Origin: an uncultured delta proteobacterium
GTDB lineage: Bacteria > Desulfobacterota > Binatia > UBA9968
DNA length: 64,000 nt
Direction of reading: 5' to 3'
Assembly (NCBI GenBank): GCA_963737905.1
Contig: CAVTUQ010000005.1
Location: forward strand, 96,001 to 160,000
Under the pieces are notes generated by a model. The model was not told the DNA's origin. It saw only the letters and a program-made list of their open reading frames with translations, and ran no database searches. The position numbers and the translations under genes are program-made. This document shows positions 9,279 through 18,878 of the stretch, piece after piece (position 1 is the stretch's first letter; every line of letters starts with the position of its first letter).

Positions 9279-9941
9279 CTAACTTGTTTTCTTTTTGGGG
9301 ATGGTTGATTTGGCCATGAGCCAGTCATCTATCATTTCTTGCTTAAAGCGCCATTGATTACCGACTTTGAAGGCGGGCATTTTCTTCTGAGTGACCAGAC
9401 GATAAAGAGTAAACTTGGTAACATTTAGGTAACGGGCGACTTGCTCCGGCGTTTGCAGATCCCCGGGCCCAGCATCCTGGTCGGTAACTGTCATTTTCTG
9501 CGGCGCCGAAAAGTTGGCTTCAATAAGAAGATCCCGCTCCCGCTGCACCGTAAAGAACTCACACGCTTGGTTAAGGATCGTCTCGAGCTGAGCAATATCC
9601 CAGGGCTTGGTCACGTATTTGAAAATGGCGGCCGAGTTAATCGCCTCGACAGCCACATCAAGGTCGGAATAAGCCGTCGTCAAAATAAAAACCGCCTTCG
9701 GGTGTAATCGGCGGGCGCGCTGGAGGAATTCGACTCCTTTTTCGCCGGGCATCCTTTGGTCCGTCATCAGAAGCCCAATCTCGTCTCGATGCTGTTCCAG
9801 CAGGCGATAACCCTCTGAGGCGTTGGCGGCGCTGAGAATCCTAAACCTGTCCCCGAAAGCTCGGGCAAAATATTTGAGCGATTTTTCCTCGTCATCTACA
9901 TAAAGGATACCGCAATTCTGATAATCCAGAGAATGTTCCAT
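9279..9941 (-). CDS. Response regulator: receiver domain + excisionase-type HTH
   Basis: ILYVDDE, LMTDQRMP, KPW; C-terminal TPEQVARYLNV..TLYRL..MPAFKVGNQWRF. Confidence 0.85.
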   Translation of the reverse strand: MEHSLDYQNCGILYVDDEEKSLKYFARAFGDRFRILSAANASEGYRLLEQHRDEIGLLMTDQRMPGEKGVEFLQRARRLHPKAVFILTTAYSDLDVAVEAINSAAIFKYVTKPWDIAQLETILNQACEFFTVQRERDLLIEANFSAPQKMTVTDQDAGPGDLQTPEQVARYLNVTKFTLYRLVTQKKMPAFKVGNQWRFKQEMIDDWLMAKSTIPKKKTS

Positions 9942-10405
9942 AGTCTTTCCTAAGCAGCGTTGCAGGTTGTTGGTCTTTGTGAAATGGGCATGTTCAACAG
10001 TCTACGCCGCACTGGATCCGTTCCGACTCTAGGGTAGCAAATACCACACCTAAATCTATATTATCGCCGCGAGTACAATTTTCAACCCGGGGGGTCCGTG
10101 CACGTGCTGGAACTTCTTAGGCGTGCCTAGCGCCTCCCGTTGTAGAAAACCTTACTATCCTCTTCTGGCCTAGAAGTCAGTGCAACTCTACGCTCCTGTG
10201 TCTGCTTGCCCCGATGCTCACATCTCGGTATACAATGCATCGTGCATTTTCTTCGGTTCATGGATAGTCTGGACTAGGGGGAGCCCGGGCTTCGTTTTGG
10301 CTTGACCAGGATCACGACGGCCTTATACGCAAGCTGGCTCATTAATTTTCACCAGGAACAAATGATCTAAGAGCGAGTTTATTCTTAGTGCGGAAAGGAG
10401 GTCCT

Positions 10406-11428
10406 ATGTCTAGGGGTTATGTCGATGCTGATGGCCATGTGATGGAGGACGCGGAGGAAATACTTGAGTTCGTGCGGGCGCCGTTTAATAACCGGGGCAC
10501 GAGGAACTGGATACCGAGTTTGGATCATTTTCATACTCCGGCGGATGGAACCCCGCGCACTCCCGGAACATTCGATCCGAACACCGGCCCGGAACAATGG
10601 CTGGAGTTCCTTGGTAAGACGGGTACGGATTACACAGTGCTTTATCCAACCACGGGCTTGGCCTACGGCAATGTCGCCTATCCGCAGTGGGCGTTGGCTT
10701 ACGCTCAGGGCTACAACGATTATATTCACGACCGGTATTTAAAGCGGAGTCCTCGCTTCCAAGCCGTGGCGCTGATTCCCATGCAGACCGTCACCGACGC
10801 TGTTAGCGAGCTACGCCGCGCCGTCAAAGATCTTGGGTTTATCGGGGCGATGATTCCCTCGAATGGGCTCACCCGTCATGTCAGCCACGCCGAGTACTGG
10901 CCGATCTATGAGGAAGCCGAGAAACTCAACTGCATCATGGCGGTGCACGGCGGCAGCTACATCAATCTTGGATTCAACACCTACACCGTTTTTCCGGCGA
11001 CCCGCGCGCTCGGAATGCCGTTCCCGCTGGCGATTGCTTTGACCGGAATGATCGTCGACGGAGTGTTTGACCGGTTCCCGAAGCTAAGGGTTGGTTTCAT
11101 GGAGGGCGGCACGGCGTGGATTCCGCTGGTGCTCGATCGGCTCGAGCGCGAATTGGAGTATGGCGGACTCAAGCTCAAGCGGCATCCCGCCGATTATTTT
11201 TCGGACGACCGAATCTTCGTTGGCTGCGAGGGTAACGAGAAGGCGCTGGCTTACTCCATCGAGCGGGTGGGGTCCAAACCGTTCATGTTCGCGTCCGACT
11301 TCCCGCACGAGATCTCGATCAACAACTGTATGGAAGAGATCGACGAGGTCCTCGAGCGGGAGGATCTCAAGAAAGAGCACAAGGCCGCGATTCTCGGTGA
11401 GAACGCGCGACGATTCTACGGTCGCTAG
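10406..11428 (+). CDS. Amidohydrolase_2 family protein
   Basis: VDADGHVME, AVHGG, FDRFPKLRVGFMEGG, FASDFPH; RBS GGAGG before ATG 10406. Confidence 0.9.
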   Translation: MSRGYVDADGHVMEDAEEILEFVRAPFNNRGTRNWIPSLDHFHTPADGTPRTPGTFDPNTGPEQWLEFLGKTGTDYTVLYPTTGLAYGNVAYPQWALAYAQGYNDYIHDRYLKRSPRFQAVALIPMQTVTDAVSELRRAVKDLGFIGAMIPSNGLTRHVSHAEYWPIYEEAEKLNCIMAVHGGSYINLGFNTYTVFPATRALGMPFPLAIALTGMIVDGVFDRFPKLRVGFMEGGTAWIPLVLDRLERELEYGGLKLKRHPADYFSDDRIFVGCEGNEKALAYSIERVGSKPFMFASDFPHEISINNCMEEIDEVLEREDLKKEHKAAILGENARRFYGR

Positions 11429-11451
11429 GCAACAAAAGAAGGAGACGTCTG

Positions 11452-11982
11452 ATGCTTGGACAAGGAAATGGAGGATGGCTGATCGTGGCTCTCTTTTCGC
11501 TTCTGATTGGCTGCTCGTCGGCGGCCCCGATTGCTTTTCAGAACAATTCCCACCGGCAGGTTTATAGTTTCAACGAAGAAGACCTGAAAAAGTTGCAATT
11601 CTATATCTCGAGGGACGTTGTCGCTCAATATCAGGATGCTACGGGAACGAAGTCCCTCCTGCTATCCAGATTGACTCCCGGAGTTGTGGCGGCCGCAGGC
11701 CCGGATTGGATTAAAGTGAGCTTTAGGGTGGAGGGTGTCGATGTCCCTTTTGTCACGGACCCGAAGCAATACGACGGCCGGTACTGGATTGCCACGGAGG
11801 TCAAGGGGAGCAAGGACTTCAAGAGGATCGCAGATCTTCCCGAGAAATTTTTTCTTTACAAGGGAATCCAGTACCAACTGGTTTCCGGAGCCGATGCCAT
11901 CCTGCTCTTCGATTGGGAAGGCTGGAAAAGACTCGTCGAGACACGCAAAACGACTGAGGGGCGACGTGTGGGGGACAAGTGA
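11452..11982 (+). CDS. Hypothetical lipoprotein
   Basis: RBS AAGGAG; lipobox LIGC. Confidence 0.65.
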   Translation: MLGQGNGGWLIVALFSLLIGCSSAAPIAFQNNSHRQVYSFNEEDLKKLQFYISRDVVAQYQDATGTKSLLLSRLTPGVVAAAGPDWIKVSFRVEGVDVPFVTDPKQYDGRYWIATEVKGSKDFKRIADLPEKFFLYKGIQYQLVSGADAILLFDWEGWKRLVETRKTTEGRRVGDK

Positions 11983-12153
11983 CCTTGACGAAAATTTGGG
12001 GTATTCCAAGACGGTGCCGTAGAGAGAATGCTTTGTTTCCTTTTCCTGCGGGCTTAGCAAAACGAAAGCCTCAAGGAATCCGCCGGCCGATATTGCTCAA
12101 GAAATTATCGAAGCCTTCGAAGGCGTCTCGAATAGCGCTATGGAGAGTTAAGC

Positions 12154-12912
12154 GTGCAGCAAGAGAATAGCCAGAAAAAGTTGGCGGTGTTAATCGATGC
12201 AGACAATACGCAGCCGGCAATCATCGATGCATTACTAGCTGAGATTGCAAAGTACGGTATTGCGAGTGTCAGGCGCATCTACGGTGATTGGACCACTCCT
12301 AATTTGAGGGGATGGAAGGACGTTCTTTTAGAGCAAGCGATTCAGCCGATTCAACAATTCCGATATACAGTCGGAAAAAATGCGACTGACAGTGCTCTGA
12401 TTATTGACGCGATGGATCTGCTCTACACAGAGAAACTCGATGGCTTCTGCATCGTGTCGAGCGATAGTGACTTTACGCGCTTGGCATCCAGGATTCGAGA
12501 GGCGGGTCTTATTGTCTATGGCTTTGGTGAAAAAAAGACACCCAAAGCGTTTTTGGGTGCCTGCGACAAGTTCGTCTACACGGAAATACTACGCGAAGAT
12601 GAACCGAGCGGTCCGCGGGGCAGGAAAAACACTAGTGATCTGAACCAGGATACAACGCTGGTTAATCTATTGAGAAACGCAGTGGAGTATTCCGCGAGCG
12701 AAGACGGCTGGGCCTATTTGGGCCAAATGGGTCAGCACATTGCTAATCAAGCTCCTGAGTTTGATCCGCGCAACTATGGTTACAAAAAGCTCGGCGACCT
12801 GGTTAGAGCAACTCAGCTTTTTGATGTAGATGAACGACGTTCTGCCGATCAACCGGGAATATCGGTCTACGTGCGGGATAAACGAAAGAAACAACCAATG
12901 CCGACAGTTTAG
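12154..12912 (+). CDS. NYN (LabA/DUF88) domain protein with C-terminal OST-HTH/LOTUS
   Basis: LAVLIDADN, RRIYGDW, GKNATD, VSSDSDF; FDPRNYGYKKL. Confidence 0.9.
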   Translation: MQQENSQKKLAVLIDADNTQPAIIDALLAEIAKYGIASVRRIYGDWTTPNLRGWKDVLLEQAIQPIQQFRYTVGKNATDSALIIDAMDLLYTEKLDGFCIVSSDSDFTRLASRIREAGLIVYGFGEKKTPKAFLGACDKFVYTEILREDEPSGPRGRKNTSDLNQDTTLVNLLRNAVEYSASEDGWAYLGQMGQHIANQAPEFDPRNYGYKKLGDLVRATQLFDVDERRSADQPGISVYVRDKRKKQPMPTV

Positions 12913-12961
12913 CAGCGTAAGACAATATGTCATATTCGATATTCGAAAGGGAAGGCACAAC

Positions 12962-13246
12962 ATGAAGAGACTGGTTGCAATCAGCTGTTTCTCGGTTCTC
13001 TGTGGATGTGCATCGATGCATTCCCCGTATGACCTGCGAGATTGGTGTTTCATGATGGGGAGCTCGCGGCCGGCAGATATAGGGCCCACAGCGCAAAATC
13101 CTGCGACCTGTAACAAAGAATTGACGGAAGATCTAGCGGACCAGACACCGAGAATTTTGTATATTCCCAGGGATATCATTATGGCTCCCGTGATCACGGC
13201 CCGAGTTATATGGGTTGCTTTTGGTCTGACCCGGCCGCCGTTCTAA
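12962..13246 (+). CDS. Small hypothetical lipoprotein
   Basis: MKRLVAISCFSVLCGC signal peptide/lipobox. Confidence 0.55.
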   Translation: MKRLVAISCFSVLCGCASMHSPYDLRDWCFMMGSSRPADIGPTAQNPATCNKELTEDLADQTPRILYIPRDIIMAPVITARVIWVAFGLTRPPF

Positions 13247-13353
13247 ATCGCTTGATAGATGCGAGGCCGCACCCAACAAATTGCTGACAGCTTGCCGTGA
13301 GAAGGTGTAGTCGCTTCACATAAGAAACATCACAGAAAGTTGGGAGGGAAAAT

Positions 13354-14355
13354 ATGCCGTTGCCGCAAGCTTTTAAAGCGATGGTCGTTTCGGAAACCAC
13401 CGACCAGAAATTCGTCAGGGAGATAAGACAGCGAGAGTTATCAGACTTGCCCGCAGGCGAGTTACTGGTCGAGGTCAAGTATTCTTCTTTGAACTATAAA
13501 GACGCTTTGTCGGCGTCCGGCAACAAAGGGGTGACGAGAAAATATCCGCATACGCCGGGTGTCGATGCCGCGGGAATTGTCGCCACCAGCTCGACTTCCC
13601 AGTTTGGCGCCGGTGACCAGGTGATTGTCACGGGGTTCGATCTGGGTATGAATACTCCCGGCGGCTTTGGCCAGTACATTAGCGTGCCCGCGGGATGGGC
13701 AGTAAAATTGCCGCAAGGTCTGACATTAAAGGAGAGCATGGGCTATGGCACGGCGGGTTTAACCGCGGCTTTGTGTCTCCTGCGGTTGATGGCGTTCGGG
13801 CTCACAAAGGATTCCGGGGAAGTTCTTGTTACGGGCGCGACAGGAGGCGTAGGGAGCGTCGCCGTTGGCATTCTTTCAAAGCTAGATTTTAACGTGGTGG
13901 CCGCCACCGGAAAAACAGCCGAGAAGGATTTTCTCACGCAGCTCGGTGCCAAAACGATCATTTCCCGGGAAGAAGCGGACGATACTTCGGGAAGGCCGCT
14001 GCAAAAAGGCCGCTGGGCCGGCGTCGTCGATACGGTGGGCGGTAACATACTCGCTACAGCCATCAAGTCGACCAAATACGGCGGACTGGTTGCGGCATGC
14101 GGCAACGCGATGTCGGCGGATCTGGCTGTCAGCGTCTATCCCTTTATCCTCAGAGGTGTGAGCCTGCTTGGGGTCGATTCCGTGGAGATACCGATGAACA
14201 CTCGCTCACGCACTTGGCAAAAACTCGCCCACGACTGGAAGTTGGATCTCTCCGGTATCGTTTCCGAATGCGCCTTGGAAGAGTTGAGCCCGAAGATTGA
14301 TCTGATGCTGAAGGGCGGCATTCGGGGAAGGGTCGTCGTGGATCTGAGCCGGTGA
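13354..14355 (+). CDS. YhdH/AcuI family NADPH oxidoreductase (acryloyl-CoA reductase-like)
   Basis: YSSLNYKDAL, GTAGLTAAL, VTGATGGVGS, PFILRGVSLLGVDSV. Confidence 0.9.
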   Translation: MPLPQAFKAMVVSETTDQKFVREIRQRELSDLPAGELLVEVKYSSLNYKDALSASGNKGVTRKYPHTPGVDAAGIVATSSTSQFGAGDQVIVTGFDLGMNTPGGFGQYISVPAGWAVKLPQGLTLKESMGYGTAGLTAALCLLRLMAFGLTKDSGEVLVTGATGGVGSVAVGILSKLDFNVVAATGKTAEKDFLTQLGAKTIISREEADDTSGRPLQKGRWAGVVDTVGGNILATAIKSTKYGGLVAACGNAMSADLAVSVYPFILRGVSLLGVDSVEIPMNTRSRTWQKLAHDWKLDLSGIVSECALEELSPKIDLMLKGGIRGRVVVDLSR

Positions 14356-14470
14356 GGTGTCACAGAGGAGGTTTGAATATTTTCTGGCTTGACACCTCTT
14401 CTCTATGGTACTAAGTAACCGTTCATTTGAAGGGGGAATAAACAGGCTTTCGCTTTGAAAGGAGCATTTT

Positions 14471-14920
14471 ATGCCCACGGTAACGTCACTGGGTCATGTA
14501 GGTCTTTATGTCCGCGACATCGAGCGTTCCAAAGCATTTTATCGGGATATCCTAGGCCTGAAGATCAGCGACGAGAATCCCAAAACGGGGAGCACATTCA
14601 TGACGGCCAAGGGCCGGCGGGAAGAACATCACGAGTTGCTGCTGGTGCCGGGCCGAGAGGACGGCAAAGTCGTGCAGCAAATTTCTTTCCGTTGCGCCAG
14701 TCTCGCCGATGTCAAACAGTTTTATCGAGTCTTTTTGGAGCATGACATCCCCATCATCCGCACCGTCAGCCACGGCAACGCCGTCGGCGTTTATTTTCAA
14801 GACCCGGACGGCAACCAGTTGGAAGTCTACTGGCAGACGGGCGTGGATTGGCCCCAACCTTTTGGCAAACCGGTGGACTTGACGGCATCGGATGAGGAGA
14901 TCATTGCAAACTTGACCTGA
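14471..14920 (+). CDS. VOC/glyoxalase family protein
   Basis: LGHVGLYVRD..FY..ILG; YFQDPDGNQLEVY. Confidence 0.9.
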   Translation: MPTVTSLGHVGLYVRDIERSKAFYRDILGLKISDENPKTGSTFMTAKGRREEHHELLLVPGREDGKVVQQISFRCASLADVKQFYRVFLEHDIPIIRTVSHGNAVGVYFQDPDGNQLEVYWQTGVDWPQPFGKPVDLTASDEEIIANLT

Positions 14921-14965
14921 GAGCGTGAGGAGACAAGCGAAGCTGTTTTAGTCTCGAGCAATTCC

Positions 14966-15184
14966 ATGGCTAACTTGTACTACAACGATCGCCTTATTAT
15001 CGCGCATGCGTCCATAAACCAGAGCACCAAACTCTGGAGTGCGGGAGCGGAAATCACTTGGAAACGCGATGGCGAGCGGAACGCGCACACCCTCGGGGGC
15101 CTGGCGGATCGATTCAAAACTTCAGAGGAAGCGGAAAAGTTTATCATCAATCTAGCCAAAACTTGGATCGACGCCAATCCCTAA
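14966..15184 (+). CDS. Small hypothetical protein
   Basis: 72-aa ORF with plausible composition, ending AKTWID. Confidence 0.55.
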   Translation: MANLYYNDRLIIAHASINQSTKLWSAGAEITWKRDGERNAHTLGGLADRFKTSEEAEKFIINLAKTWIDANP

Positions 15185-15245
15185 CGCAGAGACGGCCGGG
15201 GAGCAGAGAAGGAAGCGAGCCATTGGAAGGTGAGCGAGAGAGCGT

Positions 15246-15722
15246 TTATCTTGTGCCTTTGATATTTTTACAGAAATAGTCGTTCATCTGGTCATTCATT
15301 TCAAACCACCATTGCCTGACCTGCACTCCGTCTGGCCGAAAAATTTGAGTTTCGTATCTCCCCTGCTGATCGGCAAGATTGGCGACGAGGTTTGAGGCGC
15401 AATCGAAAATCACGATTCTGGGCCAAGACTCGACTCTACCCCTCTCGTCCTTGTTAAACGATATGACATCCGCGGCTATGAAACCCTTGAACGGCTTGAT
15501 CGAATCCGGATGAACCAGAGTGATGTTCGTGACATAAGGATAAAACAACGTCCAGGGAACAATCGGGGCGCTGCCCATGGTTTGAGAGATCAGTTCAAAG
15601 CCTTGGGTTTTCATCTCCTGGATAATGCGTTTGTCCCAACGGTAGGTTTCGATCAAGGCGTTGACGGCAAAACCCACAAGAGCAACGACCAGAATGGCTA
15701 TGAGGGGTTTGAGAAACCTCAT
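15246..15722 (-). CDS. Hypothetical membrane-anchored protein
   Basis: N-terminal hydrophobic helix; ORF fills the gap. Confidence 0.6.
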   Translation of the reverse strand: MRFLKPLIAILVVALVGFAVNALIETYRWDKRIIQEMKTQGFELISQTMGSAPIVPWTLFYPYVTNITLVHPDSIKPFKGFIAADVISFNKDERGRVESWPRIVIFDCASNLVANLADQQGRYETQIFRPDGVQVRQWWFEMNDQMNDYFCKNIKGTR

Positions 15723-16024
15723 GACCCACTTACCTATCTACGAAGGAGTTCATGGGTTAGTAGACATAATGACGCCCCCCAAGGGACGAGTCTTGGAGAG
15801 CGCGGGCACCCAAACGCAAAGGAAGCGTTCAGGCCCCGGCCGTTGGCATAACCGCCCCTGGAGTGGATCGGGTAGCGGCCGACGAGGCACAGGCTGATTG
15901 CCCACGTGCGGAAGGGCTCGTCCCGTGGGCTTTTGCCAAACCCATGTTGTCCACCTACCCTCAATAAGTGGCGATTTTGGCACAAAGAGCAAAAAGGAGC
16001 CAGCTATTTCAGGCCCCGGCCTGC

Positions 16025-16582
16025 TCACGGCCCCGGCGGCACCTTGTCGACGAGTTTTCCATTTGTGTAAAGCTCGTAGCCTTGGATGCCGAGCTCGTAA
16101 CCGCGGGGCGGATGGTCCGACATATCCAACACGACCAAGTCCAAAACAATCGTGGTCTCGCCTTGGGGGCGAATCTCGAAAGAAAGCTTGATGGGGCCGA
16201 CGGTGTTCTTGATCTTAGTACTCCGTGGCCCCTTCTTCAGGAGACCGCTGACTTCCTTGAGCATCAAATGAATGGCATCGAAGGCTCCCGGAGCGAGGCT
16301 GCCGCGAAAGATTCGACCGCTGTTCTTGCCGACGTATTTTGTCAGATCGATGGATTCAGGAGCCGCAGCCAAGCCTTTCCAGCCGCTTTGCCAGAACTTG
16401 AATCCAGGCTTAGGGCTAATCAAAATTTCGCCGATAGTGAGGGTTAGTTGCGAGAAGTCGCCGATGGCCTCGCGGTGATCTTTAATTCGAACTTCGAAAG
16501 TCCCCTGTTCTGCGGCTCCGGCAGGAGCAGCGAGAAAGAGAACTAAAATAAGGAGCAGCAACCGGCTGGAAATGCTGGTCAT
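16025..16582 (-). CDS. DUF4382-like exported protein
   Basis: Signal peptide from ATG 16582; IDLTK..GSLAPGAFDAIHL..TTIVLDL pattern. Confidence 0.65.
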   Translation of the reverse strand: MTSISSRLLLLILVLFLAAPAGAAEQGTFEVRIKDHREAIGDFSQLTLTIGEILISPKPGFKFWQSGWKGLAAAPESIDLTKYVGKNSGRIFRGSLAPGAFDAIHLMLKEVSGLLKKGPRSTKIKNTVGPIKLSFEIRPQGETTIVLDLVVLDMSDHPPRGYELGIQGYELYTNGKLVDKVPPGP

Positions 16583-17190
16583 TGCCGGTTCGAGGAATCG
16601 AGCGAAACCATGTCCCTGAGAATTTCTTTTTCCTGCCATTTGTCGGTGTAATAATCGACTCTGCGAATCCCCCGCCGGTCGATCAGAGTGGCCAGCGTAG
16701 TGTGCTGAATTTGACCGTCCGGCCTCTTTCGTACCGTCACGCCGAATGCTTTCCAAACCTTGGCCAGGTCTTGCTTGGGTCCCGTGAGAAAGAGCCAATG
16801 ATTGAAATCAGCTTTGAACTGCTCCGCATAGCTTTTCAAAGCCGCGGGAGTGTCCCGCTCGGGATCGGTGGTGATGGTTAGCAACAGGTAGTCGTCCACC
16901 TTCTTTTCCTGCAAGGTCCGTTGGATGCTAGCGAATTTTGCTGTCAGAAGCGGGCAGACATCGGGACAGGTTGTAAAGACGAAAGTTGCCAGTACGATTT
17001 TTCCCCGGGAGTTTGCGAAGTGAAAAGGCTTGTCGTTCTGATCGACGAGGGTAAACTCCGGCACCGCCGTTTGAATTGCCTTTCGGCCGATTTCAGGTTT
17101 CTTCGGCAGAATAGGCAAATGAGGAAACGCCGGAGCGGCGCAAAGGCTCAATAAAATCGTAGTCGATGCGAGGAGCCGGCTAATGCTCAA
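16579..17190 (-). CDS. SCO family protein
   Basis: FVFTTCPDVCP, ITTDPERDT, IQHT; start uncertain (TTG 17190). Confidence 0.88.
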   Translation of the reverse strand: MSISRLLASTTILLSLCAAPAFPHLPILPKKPEIGRKAIQTAVPEFTLVDQNDKPFHFANSRGKIVLATFVFTTCPDVCPLLTAKFASIQRTLQEKKVDDYLLLTITTDPERDTPAALKSYAEQFKADFNHWLFLTGPKQDLAKVWKAFGVTVRKRPDGQIQHTTLATLIDRRGIRRVDYYTDKWQEKEILRDMVSLDSSNRQ

Positions 17191-18070
17191 CTTTGAATTC
17201 GTAGGTAACATCGAGATGCTTCGTTCCGTCCGGTATATCGCCGCGAACCACGTAGGTGCTGGAATAGCTCTGTTCCTCCCCGGGTGGAATTCTTACCGGC
17301 AGAAGCAGAGCGCATTCGACGAGGTCCAGGTGCTCGGCCAGAGCCGCAGGTTCGACCCGATGGTTAATGCGCGCAAAAACCTCCTTGTCAGTCAAGTTCT
17401 TGACTCGATAGGCGATGGTAAAAGGCTCGTTCGGTTGGGTGACGGTCTCTTTGATCGTAGGGCCAGCTTCGATGCCGCTATCTTGCGGCACCAATGTCGT
17501 AAAGCTCACTCTCACTCCGGACGCCCAGTCGAAGAATAGACGCCAACTGTTACCTTCTTTGACCAAGGTAAAATCTTCTTGTCCTTCAATGACCTCCAAG
17601 CCGTTTCTTCGCTTCAAGGCGTCGATGGACGTAAGCAGCTTCTTTTGTTCATTCAGTGGAAGCGCGTTGAGCCGCTCCTCATCCCAATCCAACAGCAACG
17701 TCCCCAGGCCGTTCATATCCGGTGCCTTGAAGGCCAAGGTGATCCGTGCGCGGTTATTCTCTATTTTGATTTGCGCTGGCCTGAATTCAATAAACTCGGA
17801 TAGCTTTTTGGCCGCTTCCAGAGCGAGACCGCCAAACGGGCCTCGCTCGCGGACGTAAACCCGTTCTTCCTTTAACCCCTTATCCTCTGAGGAGACGAAT
17901 CGGTAGGCTTGTTTGAAATCGCGGGAGTAAATGGCCCTCAAATACTTGGTGAGAATGCGCACTGACTGCTCGTCGTCTGCCTTGTGAAGTCCCTCCGTAA
18001 GCACATAAGACGCGGGCAGGACGAGCAATAACGTTGCCGCGACGAACAAAATAAAAGGTTTGAGGTGCAT
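17180..18070 (-). CDS. Exported protein with C-terminal CtaG/Cox11-like domain (paralogue 1)
   Basis: QPNEPFTIAYRVKNLTDK..HRVEP..LVEC..IPPGEEQ..TYEF resembles the Cox11 Ig-like domain. Confidence 0.65.
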   Translation of the reverse strand: MHLKPFILFVAATLLLVLPASYVLTEGLHKADDEQSVRILTKYLRAIYSRDFKQAYRFVSSEDKGLKEERVYVRERGPFGGLALEAAKKLSEFIEFRPAQIKIENNRARITLAFKAPDMNGLGTLLLDWDEERLNALPLNEQKKLLTSIDALKRRNGLEVIEGQEDFTLVKEGNSWRLFFDWASGVRVSFTTLVPQDSGIEAGPTIKETVTQPNEPFTIAYRVKNLTDKEVFARINHRVEPAALAEHLDLVECALLLPVRIPPGEEQSYSSTYVVRGDIPDGTKHLDVTYEFKVEH

Positions 18071-18115
18071 CTGTTAATTTCTTTTAAGAACCCGTTAGGG
18101 AACATGTCTGCCCTG

Positions 18116-18703
18116 TTACTTTTTGGCCGGGACGGTCCACAGATAAATTGTCCGGCCGTCTACCCGCTCGGTCTTGTCAGGTTTCCAGTCCCCCATATCA
18201 AAGGCATGGGAGACGACGCGGGAGCCGGGCTTCATTTGACTCAAGACATGGGGCTTGAGTTTTAAGTTCACGTCCGGCAGCAGGTACATCGTCACCACCG
18301 ACGCGCCCGACAGATCCACGGTCAAGATATCTTGTTGCTTAATTTCGGCGAGTTCCTGTACGCCGGCTTTGCGAATATTCTCCCGCGATTGTTTCACAAG
18401 ATCGCCGTCGACATCGAATCCCACGGACCGGGCGCCTTTTTTGGCTGCTGTGATGACGATTCTGCCGTCACCGGAACCCAGATCGTAAACCACATCGCCT
18501 TTTTTAACACCGGCCAGCTCGATCATTTTGTCCACGACTTCTTGTGGGGTGGGAACGAAGGGGACGATTTTTTTGGATTCCAAATCTTGGGCCTGAGCCG
18601 AGCGCGGTGCGAGAGTCCTTGGACTCGGATCAAAAGCTTCAAGTCCAGTTACGGCCAGGAATAGTGACAGACAGAAAAACGCGAAGCGGTTGAATGCTCT
18701 CAT
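18116..18703 (-). CDS. Class I SAM-dependent methyltransferase (FAM173-like) with N-terminal hydrophobic segment
   Basis: VPFVPTP, VVYDLGSGDGRIV, VVTMYL, RVVSHAF. Confidence 0.85.
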   Translation of the reverse strand: MRAFNRFAFFCLSLFLAVTGLEAFDPSPRTLAPRSAQAQDLESKKIVPFVPTPQEVVDKMIELAGVKKGDVVYDLGSGDGRIVITAAKKGARSVGFDVDGDLVKQSRENIRKAGVQELAEIKQQDILTVDLSGASVVTMYLLPDVNLKLKPHVLSQMKPGSRVVSHAFDMGDWKPDKTERVDGRTIYLWTVPAKK

Positions 18704-18775
18704 TTGTTTTGTTGCCTCCTCAGCAAGCGACGACGTCTAAATGTAGGCCACCAGATAACGCTTTTAGTTAATCAT

Positions 18776-18820
18776 AAAAAAAGCACCGTCGCCAGTCGCT
18801 TATTCCCATTGGCGATGGCC
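18776..18820 (-). terminator. Candidate intrinsic terminator after the SCO gene
   Basis: Minus-strand stem CCATCGCCAAT...ACTGGCGACGG followed by T7. Confidence 0.5.
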
Positions 18821-18833
18821 TCGCGGTGAGACC

Positions 18834-18867
18834 TTGAACTGTTTGAACGGCTTGAACGTTTTGAACT
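18834..18867. repeat. Tandem 9-bp TTGAACnnn repeat (4 units)
   Basis: ttgaactgt ttgaacggc ttgaacgtt ttgaact. Confidence 0.8.
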
Positions 18868-18878
18868 TCTAGTTCGCC

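Noticed and set aside
10036-10053. GG-N10-GC upstream of the response regulator (minus strand)
   Set aside because: Poor -24 match (AGGTGT rather than TGGCAC); too weak to call
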